This document shows positions 21,001 through 31,843 of a DNA stretch of 64,000 nucleotides, one piece after another. Location: assembly GCA_965237675.1 (NCBI GenBank), contig OZ250150.1:1120001-1184000 (forward strand), in the 5' to 3' direction. Position 1 is the first letter of the stretch. Each line of letters opens with the position of its first letter. Both the position numbers and the translations under genes were made by a program. The stretch is from Candidatus Latescibacterota bacterium. GTDB taxonomy: Bacteria; Latescibacterota; UBA2968; GCA-2709665. The notes beneath the pieces are model-generated. The model saw only the letters and a program-made list of their open reading frames with translations. It was not told the origin of the DNA and did not search any database.

Positions 21001-21852
21001 ATGATCCCCCTCGGCTTCAGTACCTACGCCACCCAGGGCGTCGACGTTTTCGACGCTTTGCCGAAAATCCGCGCCATCGGCTACGACGCCATCGAAATTG
21101 CCATTGGCGACGCATGGCCCACCGCGCCCAATAAGCTCGACCGGAATGCGCGCGGCAGACTTGCAGGCACCCTGCGAGATCTCGGCTTCCCGCCACCGGC
21201 CCTCTTCGGACCGGTTCCCACCTGTGCACGAGGCCGCGACCGCCGGACCATGCGAGCCCGTTTCATTCAGAATTGTGTCCTCGCCCGCGATCTGAACTTT
21301 GGAGACGCCCCCAGCGTTCTCACCACCACGGTGAGCGGCCCCCTCTCCAATTGGGAAACCGAGAGAGAAACCGTCGCGGCCGACCTGCTCGAACTGGCGG
21401 ATCTGGCGGCCGCACATCACACTATCCTGGCCGTGGAACCGCATGTCGGCGCAATCTTCGACACACCCGAAAAAGCCGCGTGGCTCATGCAATACACCCG
21501 CCATCCCAACCTCAAAATCCACTTCGACCACAGCCACTTTCACGTGCAGGGCATCGACCTCGCTCGCGCCGCCGAACTGTGCCTCCCGCACACCGTTCAC
21601 ATCCACATCAAGGACGGCTACATGGAAGACGGCGCCGTGACCTTCCTGCTACCCGGCGCGGGCAGCCTCGACCTCGTGGCCTATTTCCGGACGTTGCACA
21701 ACGCGGACACGGCTGTACCGGTTGGCGCTGAAGTCAGCGCCATGATCTGGAACCGGCCTGGATACGATCCGTGGAACGCCGCCGAATTCTGCTACCGCGC
21801 GCTTGCGTCCGCCCGCCGGCAGGCCATCGCGTCGACGTCGGGGCCCGATTAA
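21001..21852 (+). CDS. sugar phosphate isomerase/epimerase (xylose isomerase-like TIM barrel)
   Basis: GYDAIEI, AVEPH, FDHSH, HIHIKD and LPGAG motifs. Confidence 0.88.
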   Translation: MIPLGFSTYATQGVDVFDALPKIRAIGYDAIEIAIGDAWPTAPNKLDRNARGRLAGTLRDLGFPPPALFGPVPTCARGRDRRTMRARFIQNCVLARDLNFGDAPSVLTTTVSGPLSNWETERETVAADLLELADLAAAHHTILAVEPHVGAIFDTPEKAAWLMQYTRHPNLKIHFDHSHFHVQGIDLARAAELCLPHTVHIHIKDGYMEDGAVTFLLPGAGSLDLVAYFRTLHNADTAVPVGAEVSAMIWNRPGYDPWNAAEFCYRALASARRQAIASTSGPD

Positions 21853-21892
21853 GAGTTGAAGAGGCAACCCGTATTCCGTGGAGCACACGCGG

Positions 21893-24124
21893 TTAGAACG
21901 TCATCTTCCGTACCGTCCCGATCCGATAGGTGGGGTGTCTCTCCATTTCCAGGGCCGCGTGACAGTAGAACGGGTACACACTCCACTCCACACATCCCAG
22001 CAGATCGGGCTTTCCATCGCCGTTGAAATCTCCCGCCCACGCGTTCGGCCCGTGAATCGTAAACGCGATCTCCTCGCCGTAACACCTGAACTCTCGCGGC
22101 AGGTCGAACACCGGCGCATCCACCGAACCCACGTTGCGCAGCAAATAGATCTTACCCGTCCCCGCGAGATTGTACACCAGGTCGATCAACCCGTCCCCGT
22201 CCCAATCCACGGCGCGGAACGACTCGGTCCAGTGTTTTGTCCGGCCTACAATCGAATCGTTGATCTCCCTCCCGTCCACCAGCCTGACGGGGTCCCCCCG
22301 TGTGAGTCTACGGCGGCCCTCCCCATCCCGATACTGAAGGAAAAGCGTTGCCTTGCGCGTGTGGTCGTGTGCGATAAAGTCCATCAACCCGTCGCCGTTC
22401 CAGTCTGCAAACGCGACCCCGGACCGCCAGAAAAACGGCGAACGCGTGTCGTGCGGATAGGGACTGTTGGGGCGGGTTTCGTCGGAGGCCGCCCTGCCCG
22501 TCTCCGCCCGCAGAACTTCGGAATCCGGGAATCCATCCACTTCCAGAAATCTTCGAGGGCCAAACATCGGTTCTTCGAGCGAGCCGATGTTACGATACCA
22601 CACAATCCGATTGGTTTCGTTCGGCAGCATCAGATCCGGCAGCCCATCCCCGTCCCAATCCACAAACACCGGATAGGGGTACCCCATATTGTGCCAGTGT
22701 TTGCTTTGCAGTATCTCATCGCGCAATATCCGGATCGGCTTACCTTCGGAACAAATCAAATCCGGCTCTGTCCAGACCGGTCGTTCATTGCTGCCGGCAT
22801 TGACAACCACGCGCGGCCACCCGTATCCCCCACCGATCAGGAGATCGTAGACCCCGTCGCCATTCCAGTCGCACAAACACGGCCACGACTGATCGCTCAA
22901 AGACATCACGGCCGACACCGACCGGGCCCTTCCCAGGAGTTCGAAACGTGGTTGGCCCGCCCGCGTTCCGGCGAGTTCATAAAGAGTGAGATTCTGATAC
23001 ATATTGTGCTGCACCAGAATCCCTCTCCGATTGCCGTCCTTAACGGCGCTGAGCCGGCTGCAGAAATCCGGAGACACGTCGCCCAGTTCCTGCCGTGGTC
23101 CGAACCGGGGCGGATCCCCGCCCAGATTCCTTCGCCACGTCAGAGGATGGTTATACCCGCCAACAGGCATCGACATTACGTCCGGTAGTCCATCGCCATC
23201 CAGATCCATGAACGCGAGTTGTTTCCCAACCTCGAAATCCACCGCATCGGCGGCCATGAACGGCCAGCCATCCGGATTCAGATTCCGGATATAGTGCCCG
23301 TTGACCACCAGGTCCGGAGCGCCATTCCCGCTCAAATCCACAATGTGGATCCCCGCGTTTTGTGCAACCGGCGCCGGAATCTCAATGTCCTTCACGAAAA
23401 CGGGCAACCCGCCCCCGTCGCGTTTCCCTGAATTAAGGTAGACTGTCACCCCTTTATCGAGCATCCCCGCGTACACGATATCGGGCAGCCCGTTGCCGTT
23501 CAGATCCGCAAAATCCGCTTCGGCGTACACATCCGGGAAATGCTTGAGCTCGCGCGATCCTCGTTCATCCACGTACCGCAACCGGGCAAGATCTCCAAAC
23601 GTGAAGTCCTCATCCGGTCCCACACGAGGATAACACACAATCCCGCTGATCGGCGAACCCGGTCGATAATAATAATTCCAGCACCCCACCAGATCGGCGC
23701 GGCCGTCACCGGTCATGTCAACGAGCCGCATCGAATGCGAGAGCGCAATCGGCCGCGGGTCCCCCGCATTGTACCGCAGGAGATCTCCGACGCCGATCAT
23801 CGGCGTGTACTCCTGGGGTTGCAACGGGGGCCTTTTCGGCAGGGCACGAAATCGGATCTCATATTCCGTATGGGTCGGATCTTCAACCACCCACTCGATT
23901 CTGCCCCGATCGCCATAGGCGAAGTCCTCGGTCCTTGCGAACGCCATCGCCTCACCCGACACCAAGTCGACAACTTCAATGGAATTCGGATCGAACACAC
24001 CCGAGGCCTGGATCTGCCGCGCCATACGTCCAAAATCCATTTCCACCGACATCGGAATGCGCCCGAGATGCGTGGGCAGCGCCGACGTCACGACGAGACT
24101 GAATCCGTATCGCCCTCCGTTCAT
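21893..24124 (-). CDS. FG-GAP/VCBS repeat protein
   Basis: Many DxDGDGxxD / DWNGDG calcium-binding repeats. Confidence 0.88.
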   Translation of the reverse strand: MNGGRYGFSLVVTSALPTHLGRIPMSVEMDFGRMARQIQASGVFDPNSIEVVDLVSGEAMAFARTEDFAYGDRGRIEWVVEDPTHTEYEIRFRALPKRPPLQPQEYTPMIGVGDLLRYNAGDPRPIALSHSMRLVDMTGDGRADLVGCWNYYYRPGSPISGIVCYPRVGPDEDFTFGDLARLRYVDERGSRELKHFPDVYAEADFADLNGNGLPDIVYAGMLDKGVTVYLNSGKRDGGGLPVFVKDIEIPAPVAQNAGIHIVDLSGNGAPDLVVNGHYIRNLNPDGWPFMAADAVDFEVGKQLAFMDLDGDGLPDVMSMPVGGYNHPLTWRRNLGGDPPRFGPRQELGDVSPDFCSRLSAVKDGNRRGILVQHNMYQNLTLYELAGTRAGQPRFELLGRARSVSAVMSLSDQSWPCLCDWNGDGVYDLLIGGGYGWPRVVVNAGSNERPVWTEPDLICSEGKPIRILRDEILQSKHWHNMGYPYPVFVDWDGDGLPDLMLPNETNRIVWYRNIGSLEEPMFGPRRFLEVDGFPDSEVLRAETGRAASDETRPNSPYPHDTRSPFFWRSGVAFADWNGDGLMDFIAHDHTRKATLFLQYRDGEGRRRLTRGDPVRLVDGREINDSIVGRTKHWTESFRAVDWDGDGLIDLVYNLAGTGKIYLLRNVGSVDAPVFDLPREFRCYGEEIAFTIHGPNAWAGDFNGDGKPDLLGCVEWSVYPFYCHAALEMERHPTYRIGTVRKMTF

Positions 24125-24128
24125 GCCA

Positions 24129-24668
24129 TCACTCTGCCTTCAACCGATCCTGAAACGCCTCCCTGAACCACTGCATCTTCGGATCGATCGCGAATACGCA
24201 GTAGGGTTGGGCGCGATTCGAGCGATAGTAGTTCTGATGATAATCCTCGGCCCTGTAGAATTCGGTCAGCGGTGAGATCTCCGTCACGACCGGATCCGGC
24301 CACAACTCCGACGTATCCGTCTCCGCCATGGACTGTGCCGCTTCTGCGCGCTGTTGCTCGTCGTGATAAAAAATCACCGACCGGTATTGCGTGCCCACGT
24401 CCGCCCCCTGCCGGTTCAGCGTTGTCGGATCGTGAGTGCGCCAGAACACGTCCAGCAGGACCCGATAGGAAACCGTCTTCGGATCGAATCGAATCTGCAC
24501 GACCTCGGCATGCCCCGTGGTTCCGTCGCACACCTCCCGATAGGTCGGTTTCGGAACCGAGCCTCCCGCATATCCGGAAACCACTTCCAGCACCCCTTGC
24601 AGGTCCTGATAAAACGCCTCCACGCACCAGAAGCATCCCCCTCCGAACGTCGCCAGTTCTTCGGCCAT
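24129..24668 (-). CDS. msrA: peptide-methionine (S)-S-oxide reductase
   Basis: GGGCFWC, GHAEVVQ, DVGTQYRS and AEDYHQNY motifs. Confidence 0.97.
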   Translation of the reverse strand: MAEELATFGGGCFWCVEAFYQDLQGVLEVVSGYAGGSVPKPTYREVCDGTTGHAEVVQIRFDPKTVSYRVLLDVFWRTHDPTTLNRQGADVGTQYRSVIFYHDEQQRAEAAQSMAETDTSELWPDPVVTEISPLTEFYRAEDYHQNYYRSNRAQPYCVFAIDPKMQWFREAFQDRLKAE

Positions 24669-24687
24669 AATCGTCTCCTGGATGAGT

Positions 24688-24951
24688 TTACTTTCTCGAC
24701 ATCCCCCGGGTATACACCTTGCCCTGGATAATCTTGTGCGCCGGTCGCCCGCCCATCATCCGGTCCCGTGCAAACGCCTGCCCGCATTTCGGACACTTCA
24801 AATCTCCGTGGGTGAAGTCCTCCACAATCCGTTCCACGAAGCACTTGACCAGGCCACCTCTGCCGCCCTTTTGGTACCTGTAAAGCAGCGTCCGGCACCT
24901 GGCGCAGTGGATCGAAATGGTCCGTCGATCGACCCGCTCTTTGCGCACCAT
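24688..24951 (-). CDS. small zinc-ribbon protein
   Basis: CARC...YQKGGRGGLVKC...CPKC; sits in the operon between the PhyH gene and msrA. Confidence 0.75.
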   Translation of the reverse strand: MVRKERVDRRTISIHCARCRTLLYRYQKGGRGGLVKCFVERIVEDFTHGDLKCPKCGQAFARDRMMGGRPAHKIIQGKVYTRGMSRK

Positions 24952-24955
24952 AGCT

Positions 24956-25972
24956 CTACTCCGGCCGCAGTTCCCCCAGCGACGATTCGCCCGGCGAAAT
25001 GAATTCCACCGCCGGGTTTTCGACACGGCCGTACGCGTTCCACACCTTGAACCCGAGCAGCGTCAGCAACTCGGGCGGGGCATCCTTCAGTACGTCGGGC
25101 GACGTTCCAACGGTGAAATTTTCCTGCGGCCGGAACTGTGGACCGCAGAACGTCGTCAGCAGTGCAAGCCGTTGACCGCCCGTCACGTTGGCCCCGGTAC
25201 CGTGCCAGATTCGCGCATCGATTATCAGGGCCGTGCCCGCCGGGCCCTCCGCGGCCACCGCCTCCACATCGGAAGCCCTATCTGGCTGCCGACCGAACAA
25301 GTGGCTGCCGGGAACGACGCGCGTCCCACCGTTTCCGGCGGTGAAATCCACAAGCATCCATAACACGTTCACCGCTGCCGCCGGCGCGATCATATGTGGG
25401 GCGGCGTCTCCGTCCAAATCAAACCGCTCCCGGGTAATCGAGCCCACCGGCAATGCCCTCCGGCCCGGCCGTGTGGGCGAGGGCATCCACCACTGGTCCG
25501 TATGCAGATCCATCTCCACGCCCCCGGGCTTGGCGATATTCGCCGTAAAGCTCGAAAGCAGGTACTCCTCGCCCAGAACGTGGCCAATCACCTCTCGCAC
25601 CCGTTCCTGAAACAACACCTGATGAAACAACCGCCCCTTGTTGATCAACATCCAAAGCCGCTGGTTGACGCCCCCGTGGGCCGCCGTGAACGCCTCCGGC
25701 CGCACCTGCCCCCTCTCGTCCCGAAACGATCCCCAGTTCTGGTCCGGCCCCCCGTCTTCATACGCGGCGCCCACCTGTTTTTCCGCTTCGGCCTGCTCCA
25801 ACAGCCGTTTCCGCATGGCCGCCACCTGGTCCCGGCTCAACGCGTCCTTCAGTAAACAGTATCCGAACCGCTCGATATTTGACTTCGCCACCGCCAGGTC
25901 GCCAGTAAGCCGGGGCAACCGATCGCTTCCCGAACCGGCCATAAAAACACCTCCACCTTGGTTCGAATTCAT
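24956..25972 (-). CDS. phytanoyl-CoA dioxygenase (PhyH) family 2OG-Fe(II) oxygenase
   Basis: LHTDQ (HxD), DFTAGNGGTRVVPGSH and WHGTGAN motifs. Confidence 0.9.
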   Translation of the reverse strand: MNSNQGGGVFMAGSGSDRLPRLTGDLAVAKSNIERFGYCLLKDALSRDQVAAMRKRLLEQAEAEKQVGAAYEDGGPDQNWGSFRDERGQVRPEAFTAAHGGVNQRLWMLINKGRLFHQVLFQERVREVIGHVLGEEYLLSSFTANIAKPGGVEMDLHTDQWWMPSPTRPGRRALPVGSITRERFDLDGDAAPHMIAPAAAVNVLWMLVDFTAGNGGTRVVPGSHLFGRQPDRASDVEAVAAEGPAGTALIIDARIWHGTGANVTGGQRLALLTTFCGPQFRPQENFTVGTSPDVLKDAPPELLTLLGFKVWNAYGRVENPAVEFISPGESSLGELRPE

Positions 25973-26183
25973 TACAACCCGTTCAAAAACACACTCTATA
26001 TGCTACACCTGGATCCCGACCAAGTCAACCCCTTCCGCTACGGCCCGCACCTTGCCCGGGGCAACAAAGAAGTCTTGAAATCCCCCTAATTTTTTTTGTA
26101 TTTTGAATCCATCGAAGCCAGTTGCAAAACCCGGAGTCATGCCTTTTCCGTATCAGCTCCGACCACCCCGCAGTGAGGATTGT

Positions 26184-27530
26184 ATGGAATCACAGCACGT
26201 CCAGGCATCGCTCGACAGGCAGATTGCCGAATACATGGACAAACACCCGCGATCCCAAGCGATGTTCAAACGGGCCCAGGCATCGCTTCCCGGCGGGAAC
26301 ACACGCACCGGCGTCCACTTCGATCCGTTCCCGGTCTACGCCGACCGCGGCGAAGGCATCCATCTCATCGATTTGGACGGACATCGCCTTCTCGACTTCG
26401 TGAACAACAATACCGCCCTCATCCTGGGCCACGCCCACCCCGAAATCGTCGCCGCGCTCAGGGAACGGATAGCCCTCGGCACGGGCTTCTCAAGACCGTT
26501 GGCCCTCGAAGTCGAAATGGCTGAATTTCTGAAGAACCGCGTCGGCTCCTTTGAAAAGGTACGCTTCTGCAGTTCCGGCACCGAAGCCATCCTCAATGCC
26601 ATCCGCGCCGCGCGCGCCTTCACCGGCAAAACCAGAATCGCCAAATTCGAAGGGGCGTACCACGGGATGGATGAATACGTAATGGTAAGCCACCTCCCTC
26701 CGGTCGACGGAAATCTTGGGCCGGCTACGCGACCCTGCTCCGTGCCTTCCTCACGCGGCCTCACCCCTCAGGCCGTCGAGAATGTCATCGTCCTCCCATT
26801 CAACGACGCCGACGCCTGCGATACAATCATCAACGAACACCGGAACGATCTGGCCGCGGTGGTGGTCGATCCGCTTTCAACAGCAGCCGGTTTTACCCTT
26901 CCGGTCGACGGCTTTCTTGCGCGTCTCCGCGAAATCACGGAACGCGCCGGCATAATGCTCATATTCGACGAGATCGTAAGCTTCCGCATCTCCTCCGGCG
27001 GGGCCCAGGAAACGTATGGCGTGCGCCCTGACCTCACGTGCCTGGGTAAAGTCGTGGCTGGCGGCACCGCTGGCGCGGTGTTGGGCGGACGCTCCGACAT
27101 CCTGGACCTCTACAACCCCGCGGGAGGGGCCCCGCAAATTCCCCATTCCGGCACGTATAACGCCAACCCCATCGCCATCGTCGCAGGCCTCACGACCCTT
27201 CGCATGCTCACGCCGGAAGCCTATGAGAGGCTGGATTCTCTGACGAGGCGACTCGCCGATGGGCTCAGACGCGTTTTCCAGGATGCCGGCCTTCAGGTCC
27301 GGGTCACAACGGCCGGCTCCCTCTTCCGGATTCACTTTCTCTCCGAGAAACCCCGGAACTACCGCGAAGCCGCCCGGGACAACCAGACTCTGCACCGATG
27401 GCTGTTCTTCGCCCTGCTCAACCGCGGGATCTACTGGAAACTCGGCGGCAACGTCTCATTGCCCATGGAAACGTCTCACGTCGATCAACTGGCCTCGGCC
27501 GTGGACGACGCGCTACGAACACGAAAATAA
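26184..27530 (+). CDS. class III PLP aminotransferase (glutamate-1-semialdehyde aminomutase-like)
   Basis: LPGGNTR, LILGHAHP, SSGTEA, KFEGAYHG, FDEIVSFR, LGKVVAGG and SGTYNANP motifs. Confidence 0.92.
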   Translation: MESQHVQASLDRQIAEYMDKHPRSQAMFKRAQASLPGGNTRTGVHFDPFPVYADRGEGIHLIDLDGHRLLDFVNNNTALILGHAHPEIVAALRERIALGTGFSRPLALEVEMAEFLKNRVGSFEKVRFCSSGTEAILNAIRAARAFTGKTRIAKFEGAYHGMDEYVMVSHLPPVDGNLGPATRPCSVPSSRGLTPQAVENVIVLPFNDADACDTIINEHRNDLAAVVVDPLSTAAGFTLPVDGFLARLREITERAGIMLIFDEIVSFRISSGGAQETYGVRPDLTCLGKVVAGGTAGAVLGGRSDILDLYNPAGGAPQIPHSGTYNANPIAIVAGLTTLRMLTPEAYERLDSLTRRLADGLRRVFQDAGLQVRVTTAGSLFRIHFLSEKPRNYREAARDNQTLHRWLFFALLNRGIYWKLGGNVSLPMETSHVDQLASAVDDALRTRK

Positions 27531-27542
27531 GGAAAAGGAGGA

Positions 27543-27670
27543 CCTCTCCCCCCGGCCCCCTCTCCTGCGAGGAGAGGGGGAGTAGAGCGAAGCGTTGAGT
27601 AAACACTGTTTTACATAGGCTCTGAATAAGCAGTTCCCCCTTCCTCTCAGGAAGGGGGGTAGGGGGTAGG
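27543..27670. repeat. pair of CCCCTCTCC/GGAGAGGGG palindromic elements
   Basis: CCCCCTCTCCTGCGAGGAGAGGGGG and CCCCCTTCCTCTCAGGAAGGGGGG; related elements at about 545-570 and 14776-14812. Confidence 0.6.
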
Positions 27671-27867
27671 TCTCGCAGGTGTTGCCAGAGCTGTTCTTCT
27701 TCTGTCATCTGATCTCGCATACCCGGAGGGATTATTCTGATGCTTTTGAAAGCCGTTATTGGACAGGTGTGGAACCGCCTATGAGCGTCGGATTCCCGAA
27801 AGGCACGAAAGCGCTTAGATGTGGAGGAGAGATCGTTCAAACGAAAACTGAACAGGCGAGGTGATTT

Positions 27868-28278
27868 ATGAATTCCAAATTAAAGAATGCTTTGGCCGTC
27901 ATCGTCGGTATCATTGTAGGAAGCATCGCAAATATGGTACTGGTCGTAACAGGGCCTGCAATCATCCCACTCCCTGATGGTGTCGATGTGACCAATATGG
28001 AATCCATCAGGTCATCCATGCACTTGTTCGAATTCAAACACTTCGTCTTCCCGTTCCTGGCTCATGCCTTGGGCACCCTCGCAGGCGCGTATTTGGCCGT
28101 CGTCATGGCTGCGAGCCGCAGGATGGTAGCGGCGATGGTTGTTGGTGGATTTTTCCTGATAGGCGGCATCATCAACGCCGTCTCGATAGCGTCACCCGCC
28201 TTGTTTACCGGCGTGGACCTGGCTGGCGCCTACATACCTATGGCGTGGATCGGTGCAAGATTGGCCGGAAAAGCGTAA
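27868..28278 (+). CDS. hypothetical membrane protein
   Basis: GAGG RBS; four hydrophobic helices; PFLAHALGTLAG and DLAGAYIPMAW motifs. Confidence 0.8.
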   Translation: MNSKLKNALAVIVGIIVGSIANMVLVVTGPAIIPLPDGVDVTNMESIRSSMHLFEFKHFVFPFLAHALGTLAGAYLAVVMAASRRMVAAMVVGGFFLIGGIINAVSIASPALFTGVDLAGAYIPMAWIGARLAGKA

Positions 28279-28447
28279 GGAACAACGGCTGAATGTGCAG
28301 GGGCCAGTGGGGACGGTTGTTAATCCGAGCCGCGAAGCTGAACGGCGTCAGGGCGCATTGGCCTTCGGCAACCCGCTTCGCAGGTTCGTAGGTGCCGAGA
28401 ACATTAAGCGACAGCGGCTGACAAGTGTCGACGTGCGGAGAACATAG

Positions 28448-29224
28448 ATGAGTGCCAAGCTCTACGACCTCCCTCAGCTCTATGATATCGCGTTCTCCTG
28501 GGATCTTTCTCGAGAGATCGACTTCTTCAAAAGAGCTTTCGAAACGCACGTGCCTTTCCCGGTACGGCACATCCTGGAGCCAGCGTGCGGCTCCGGGCGC
28601 TTTCTGAGAACCTTGCCTTTCAATGGGTTCCAGGTCACTGGCTACGACGTCAACCCCGCCATGGTCCAATACGCTACGGACTCTGTTGCGGCTGCAGGTT
28701 GCCAGGGGAGTGTTCGGATTGTACTGGCCGACATGGTCTCCGCTGAGATCCCCGGTGAGTTCGATGCCGCGTTCAATTCGATTAACAGCATTGGTTACCT
28801 TCATTCCGACGATAACGTGGTTTCCCATCTGAAGGCTACGGGTTCATCGCTCCGTGAGGGCGGGATTTATCTTGTCCATCTGAATTTCGCACACGAGGGC
28901 GAACTCCCCGATGGGGATCACTGGACGATGGACCGTGACGGCATCAACGTGAAAATCTCGTGGCGAATCCTTAGCGAAGACAAAGAATCAAGATTGAGCC
29001 ACCAAATTGGCTCGTTTGAAATCGAACAGGATGGCAAGATAGAGCATGTTGATTCTCGCCATACCCTGAGGCTATGGCTATTTTCCGATCTACAGGAGTT
29101 AATCCACCGATCAGGTCAGTTTGAGGTCGTGGCGATTTATGGAGAGGATTTCGAAGAACTGAACGACTGGGAGCGCCTGTCCGGGGAACTTGGAAACGTC
29201 TACTTGACACTTCTGAAGATTTAA
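28448..29224 (+). CDS. class I SAM-dependent methyltransferase
   Basis: ILEPACGSGR motif I; GYDVNPAMV; ADM. Confidence 0.88.
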   Translation: MSAKLYDLPQLYDIAFSWDLSREIDFFKRAFETHVPFPVRHILEPACGSGRFLRTLPFNGFQVTGYDVNPAMVQYATDSVAAAGCQGSVRIVLADMVSAEIPGEFDAAFNSINSIGYLHSDDNVVSHLKATGSSLREGGIYLVHLNFAHEGELPDGDHWTMDRDGINVKISWRILSEDKESRLSHQIGSFEIEQDGKIEHVDSRHTLRLWLFSDLQELIHRSGQFEVVAIYGEDFEELNDWERLSGELGNVYLTLLKI

Positions 29225-29644
29225 GCTCCCTTCGGCGATGCACCCGGGGATCATAGCCGTCGGATTCCGCCCCGGTTGCTGAAGGGACCCCCTACGCTCA
29301 ACAACACGGTTTGCGCTGCACGGCATACGCCGCTTGGCCCAATCAGGCAAACCCTCGACACGCTTCAACACCGTTCGACAGGCTCAGGGATCAGGCTCAG
29401 CGGCCGAGCTCGGAGTTCGCAAATCGGCGAATCGTAAAGCGCAATTTCGGCTCATGGGAAATGAGAAGTATCGAATGCTGATCGACACCTTCCCTGACTT
29501 CATGAAAGTTTGGCAGAAGTTCGTAGCGGCTGACGAAGGCGGCAAACTGGAAGCCTGGATGGACTACATGTCTGCGTAGCTTCAACTCTTCATCGATGGT
29601 ATTGGCCAAACTCACGAACGGCTTTGGCCGGAGAGGAGATCGGT

Positions 29645-30151
29645 ATGGATCGCCGTGCGTTCCTGCGCATTGCCGGAACCGGGGCAACGCTGGCGATGAT
29701 GCCGGGCGGGTGTATAATCGCGGGAAGCAGTAGCGAGAATGGAAGAAGCGTGGAGTTAAAGAAGATGAGACGAGCCAGTCCCGAGTCCCAGGGTATACCT
29801 TCCTCCGCTGTGCTTGCTTTCATCGACGACGCAGAGGATACGCTCGACGCACTGCACAGCGTGATGATCGCCCGCAACGGTCGTGTCGTCGTGGAGGGGT
29901 GGTGGACGCCGTATTCTGCAGAACGGAATCACATGCTGTACTCGCTGAGCAAGCCCTTCACGGCGACGGCGATCGGCATCGCGCAAGCCGAAGGGCTTCT
30001 GAGCGTGGAAGACACGGTATTGTCGTTCTTCCCTGACGAGCGCCCGGAGCAACCCGGCCGCAATCTGGAGGCGATGAGGATCCGTGGACTGCAGACGACA
30101 CGTTCGCTGTCAAGCTTTGCTATACGGAATCCGCGCCCATTTACACCTTAA
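29645..30151 (+). pseudogene. truncated serine hydrolase (beta-lactamase-like) with Tat signal
   Basis: DRRAFL Tat motif; SPESQGI, YSLSK (SxxK) and VLSFFP motifs; the frame drifts into unrelated sequence after ...MRIR, far short of the family length. Confidence 0.75.
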
Positions 30152-30391
30152 CGTTGCGGTTCGAGCAGCAAAGGGTGGTATTCGGACAGGTTCATCAATA
30201 TAAAACCAATGGAGCGGCTTACGCTCGTTGGCAGTGCGTCCTGAAAACAGGGCGGCCTTGCCATCCTGGAAGGCCGCCGATGCAACAGTAAGAAGAACGA
30301 ACTCCCACGGCTTCGGGCCATTCCGCCCTGTCGCCAGACCGGCTGCGCGGGTTGTTGGGTGGCGGGAAGGTTAACTGAAATCGGGGCATGA

Positions 30392-30984
30392 ATGAGCAAG
30401 TGCGTCAGAACCTACTACGACTCGGCGCCAGAGAGAGAGTGGGAACGGTTGGATACGGGGCTTTCGCGAATCGAATTCGCTTCCACTCTGCGACTCATTG
30501 AGAAATACTTTCCTGCCAGCGGAGCCGTGTGTGACATCGGAAGTGGGCCAGGCCGTTATTCAATTGAGCTCACCAGGCGTGGGTACCAGGTGACTTTATT
30601 CGACCTTTCCGGGAAGCTGCTGGAGAGGGGAGAGCGGGAATTTGCATCAGAAGGAATCAGCGCGACGCGGTTTGTACAAGGAGATGCACGCGATCTGGGT
30701 GTCTTTGAGGACGAATCTTTTGATGGTCGTGAACTCTCCGGTTTCACCGAATGTCACTGGTCCAATCCTGAGATCGCTGGCAGAGAAATTCAGGATGAGG
30801 GCTACGAATCGTAAGCTATGCGGGCGTAGAAGGCTTTGTTGGAGGTATGGCGCCACTTCTGGAGTCGCTCAGGAAAAATGAACGTTCGGCATATGACAAC
30901 GTTTTAGAATTCGCAGCGGAGACCTCGGAGTTGCCTCAGTTCAGGGATGCGACAGACCATGTCCACTTTGTCGTCGAGAAGTAG
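30392..30984 (+). pseudogene. class I SAM methyltransferase, frameshifted or internally deleted
   Basis: REWERL...CDIGSGPGRYS...QGDARDL N-terminus; a family-like C-terminus (...ELPQFRDATDHVHFVVEK*) lies in another frame ending at about 30984. Confidence 0.6.
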
Positions 30985-31075
30985 TGCCAGCCGACTCCGA
31001 CATTTTGAAGTCGAATAAAAACAGTCACACCGCACCTGCCCCACAACGTACGTTAATCGGATTCTACATATCTCT

Positions 31076-31843
31076 ATGACAGATCAGAATGCAGTCCACA
31101 AGAAAGATATCCAGACAGGTTTCCATTCTCTCGGGCTTCGAAACGGCGATGCACTCCTCTTTCACAGTTCCCTGAAGAGCTTTGGTTACGTGTACGGAGG
31201 CGCGGATACCGTCATCGACGGCGCCATCGAAGCCGTTGGCGCGACCGGTACCGTCGTTGTGCCCACTTTCGTACAAAAAGTCAACGGCGAATCCGCCACT
31301 TACAGGACCCGACGCGAAGCCTGGAACATCCGTACATCGCCCTCGGACGTGGGCCACGTCACCGAAGTCTTCCGCCGGCGCCCCGACGCCGTGCGCAGCG
31401 ACCACTGCTGCGACTCCCTGGCCGCCATCGGCGCCGAAGGCGGGCGCGCAATGGGCGGCCACAAGTCCGCTGGGCCCCGGCTGAGTCCATGGGACGAGAA
31501 AGCGTTCGGTCACGGCTCTCCGTGGGACTGGCTGGTCGAACGCAACGCCCTCTACGTCCTCATGGGCGTCGGCTTCAACGTCTGTTCCATCTTCCACTAC
31601 AGCCAGGCCCTCTGGGTGGAAAGCAATTACAAGAACACCGACGCGTCGCGCATGTGGCCCGGATTCAACTTCAGCATCATGGGCGACCGTGTCAAGTCCG
31701 CCGGCCTCGTCCGCCAGGCTTCGGTGGGACCCTCGATCTGGCAGGCCTTCCGCGTCGTTCCCGCGATCAGATACGTTGCCCGCGTCCTTCGCGACGAACC
31801 CGCCCTCATCACGCTCTCGCCACTCAAACTCTACGGCGATTGA
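31076..31843 (+). CDS. AAC(3)/antibiotic_NAT family N-acetyltransferase
   Basis: HSSLKSFGYVYGGA, GTVVVPTF, EVFRR...RSDH, FGHGSPW and CSIFHY motifs. Confidence 0.88.
   Translation: MTDQNAVHKKDIQTGFHSLGLRNGDALLFHSSLKSFGYVYGGADTVIDGAIEAVGATGTVVVPTFVQKVNGESATYRTRREAWNIRTSPSDVGHVTEVFRRRPDAVRSDHCCDSLAAIGAEGGRAMGGHKSAGPRLSPWDEKAFGHGSPWDWLVERNALYVLMGVGFNVCSIFHYSQALWVESNYKNTDASRMWPGFNFSIMGDRVKSAGLVRQASVGPSIWQAFRVVPAIRYVARVLRDEPALITLSPLKLYGD

Noticed and set aside
21878-23188. Long antisense or alternate-frame ORFs (also 4041-5222, 19403-20443, 58946-60082, 62307-63239)
   Set aside because: Shadow ORFs opposite well-supported genes in GC-rich DNA, with no recognisable motifs
31076-31843. AAC(3)-family gene as an aminoglycoside resistance determinant
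   Set aside because: Family membership alone does not show resistance; there is no clear mobile resistance context
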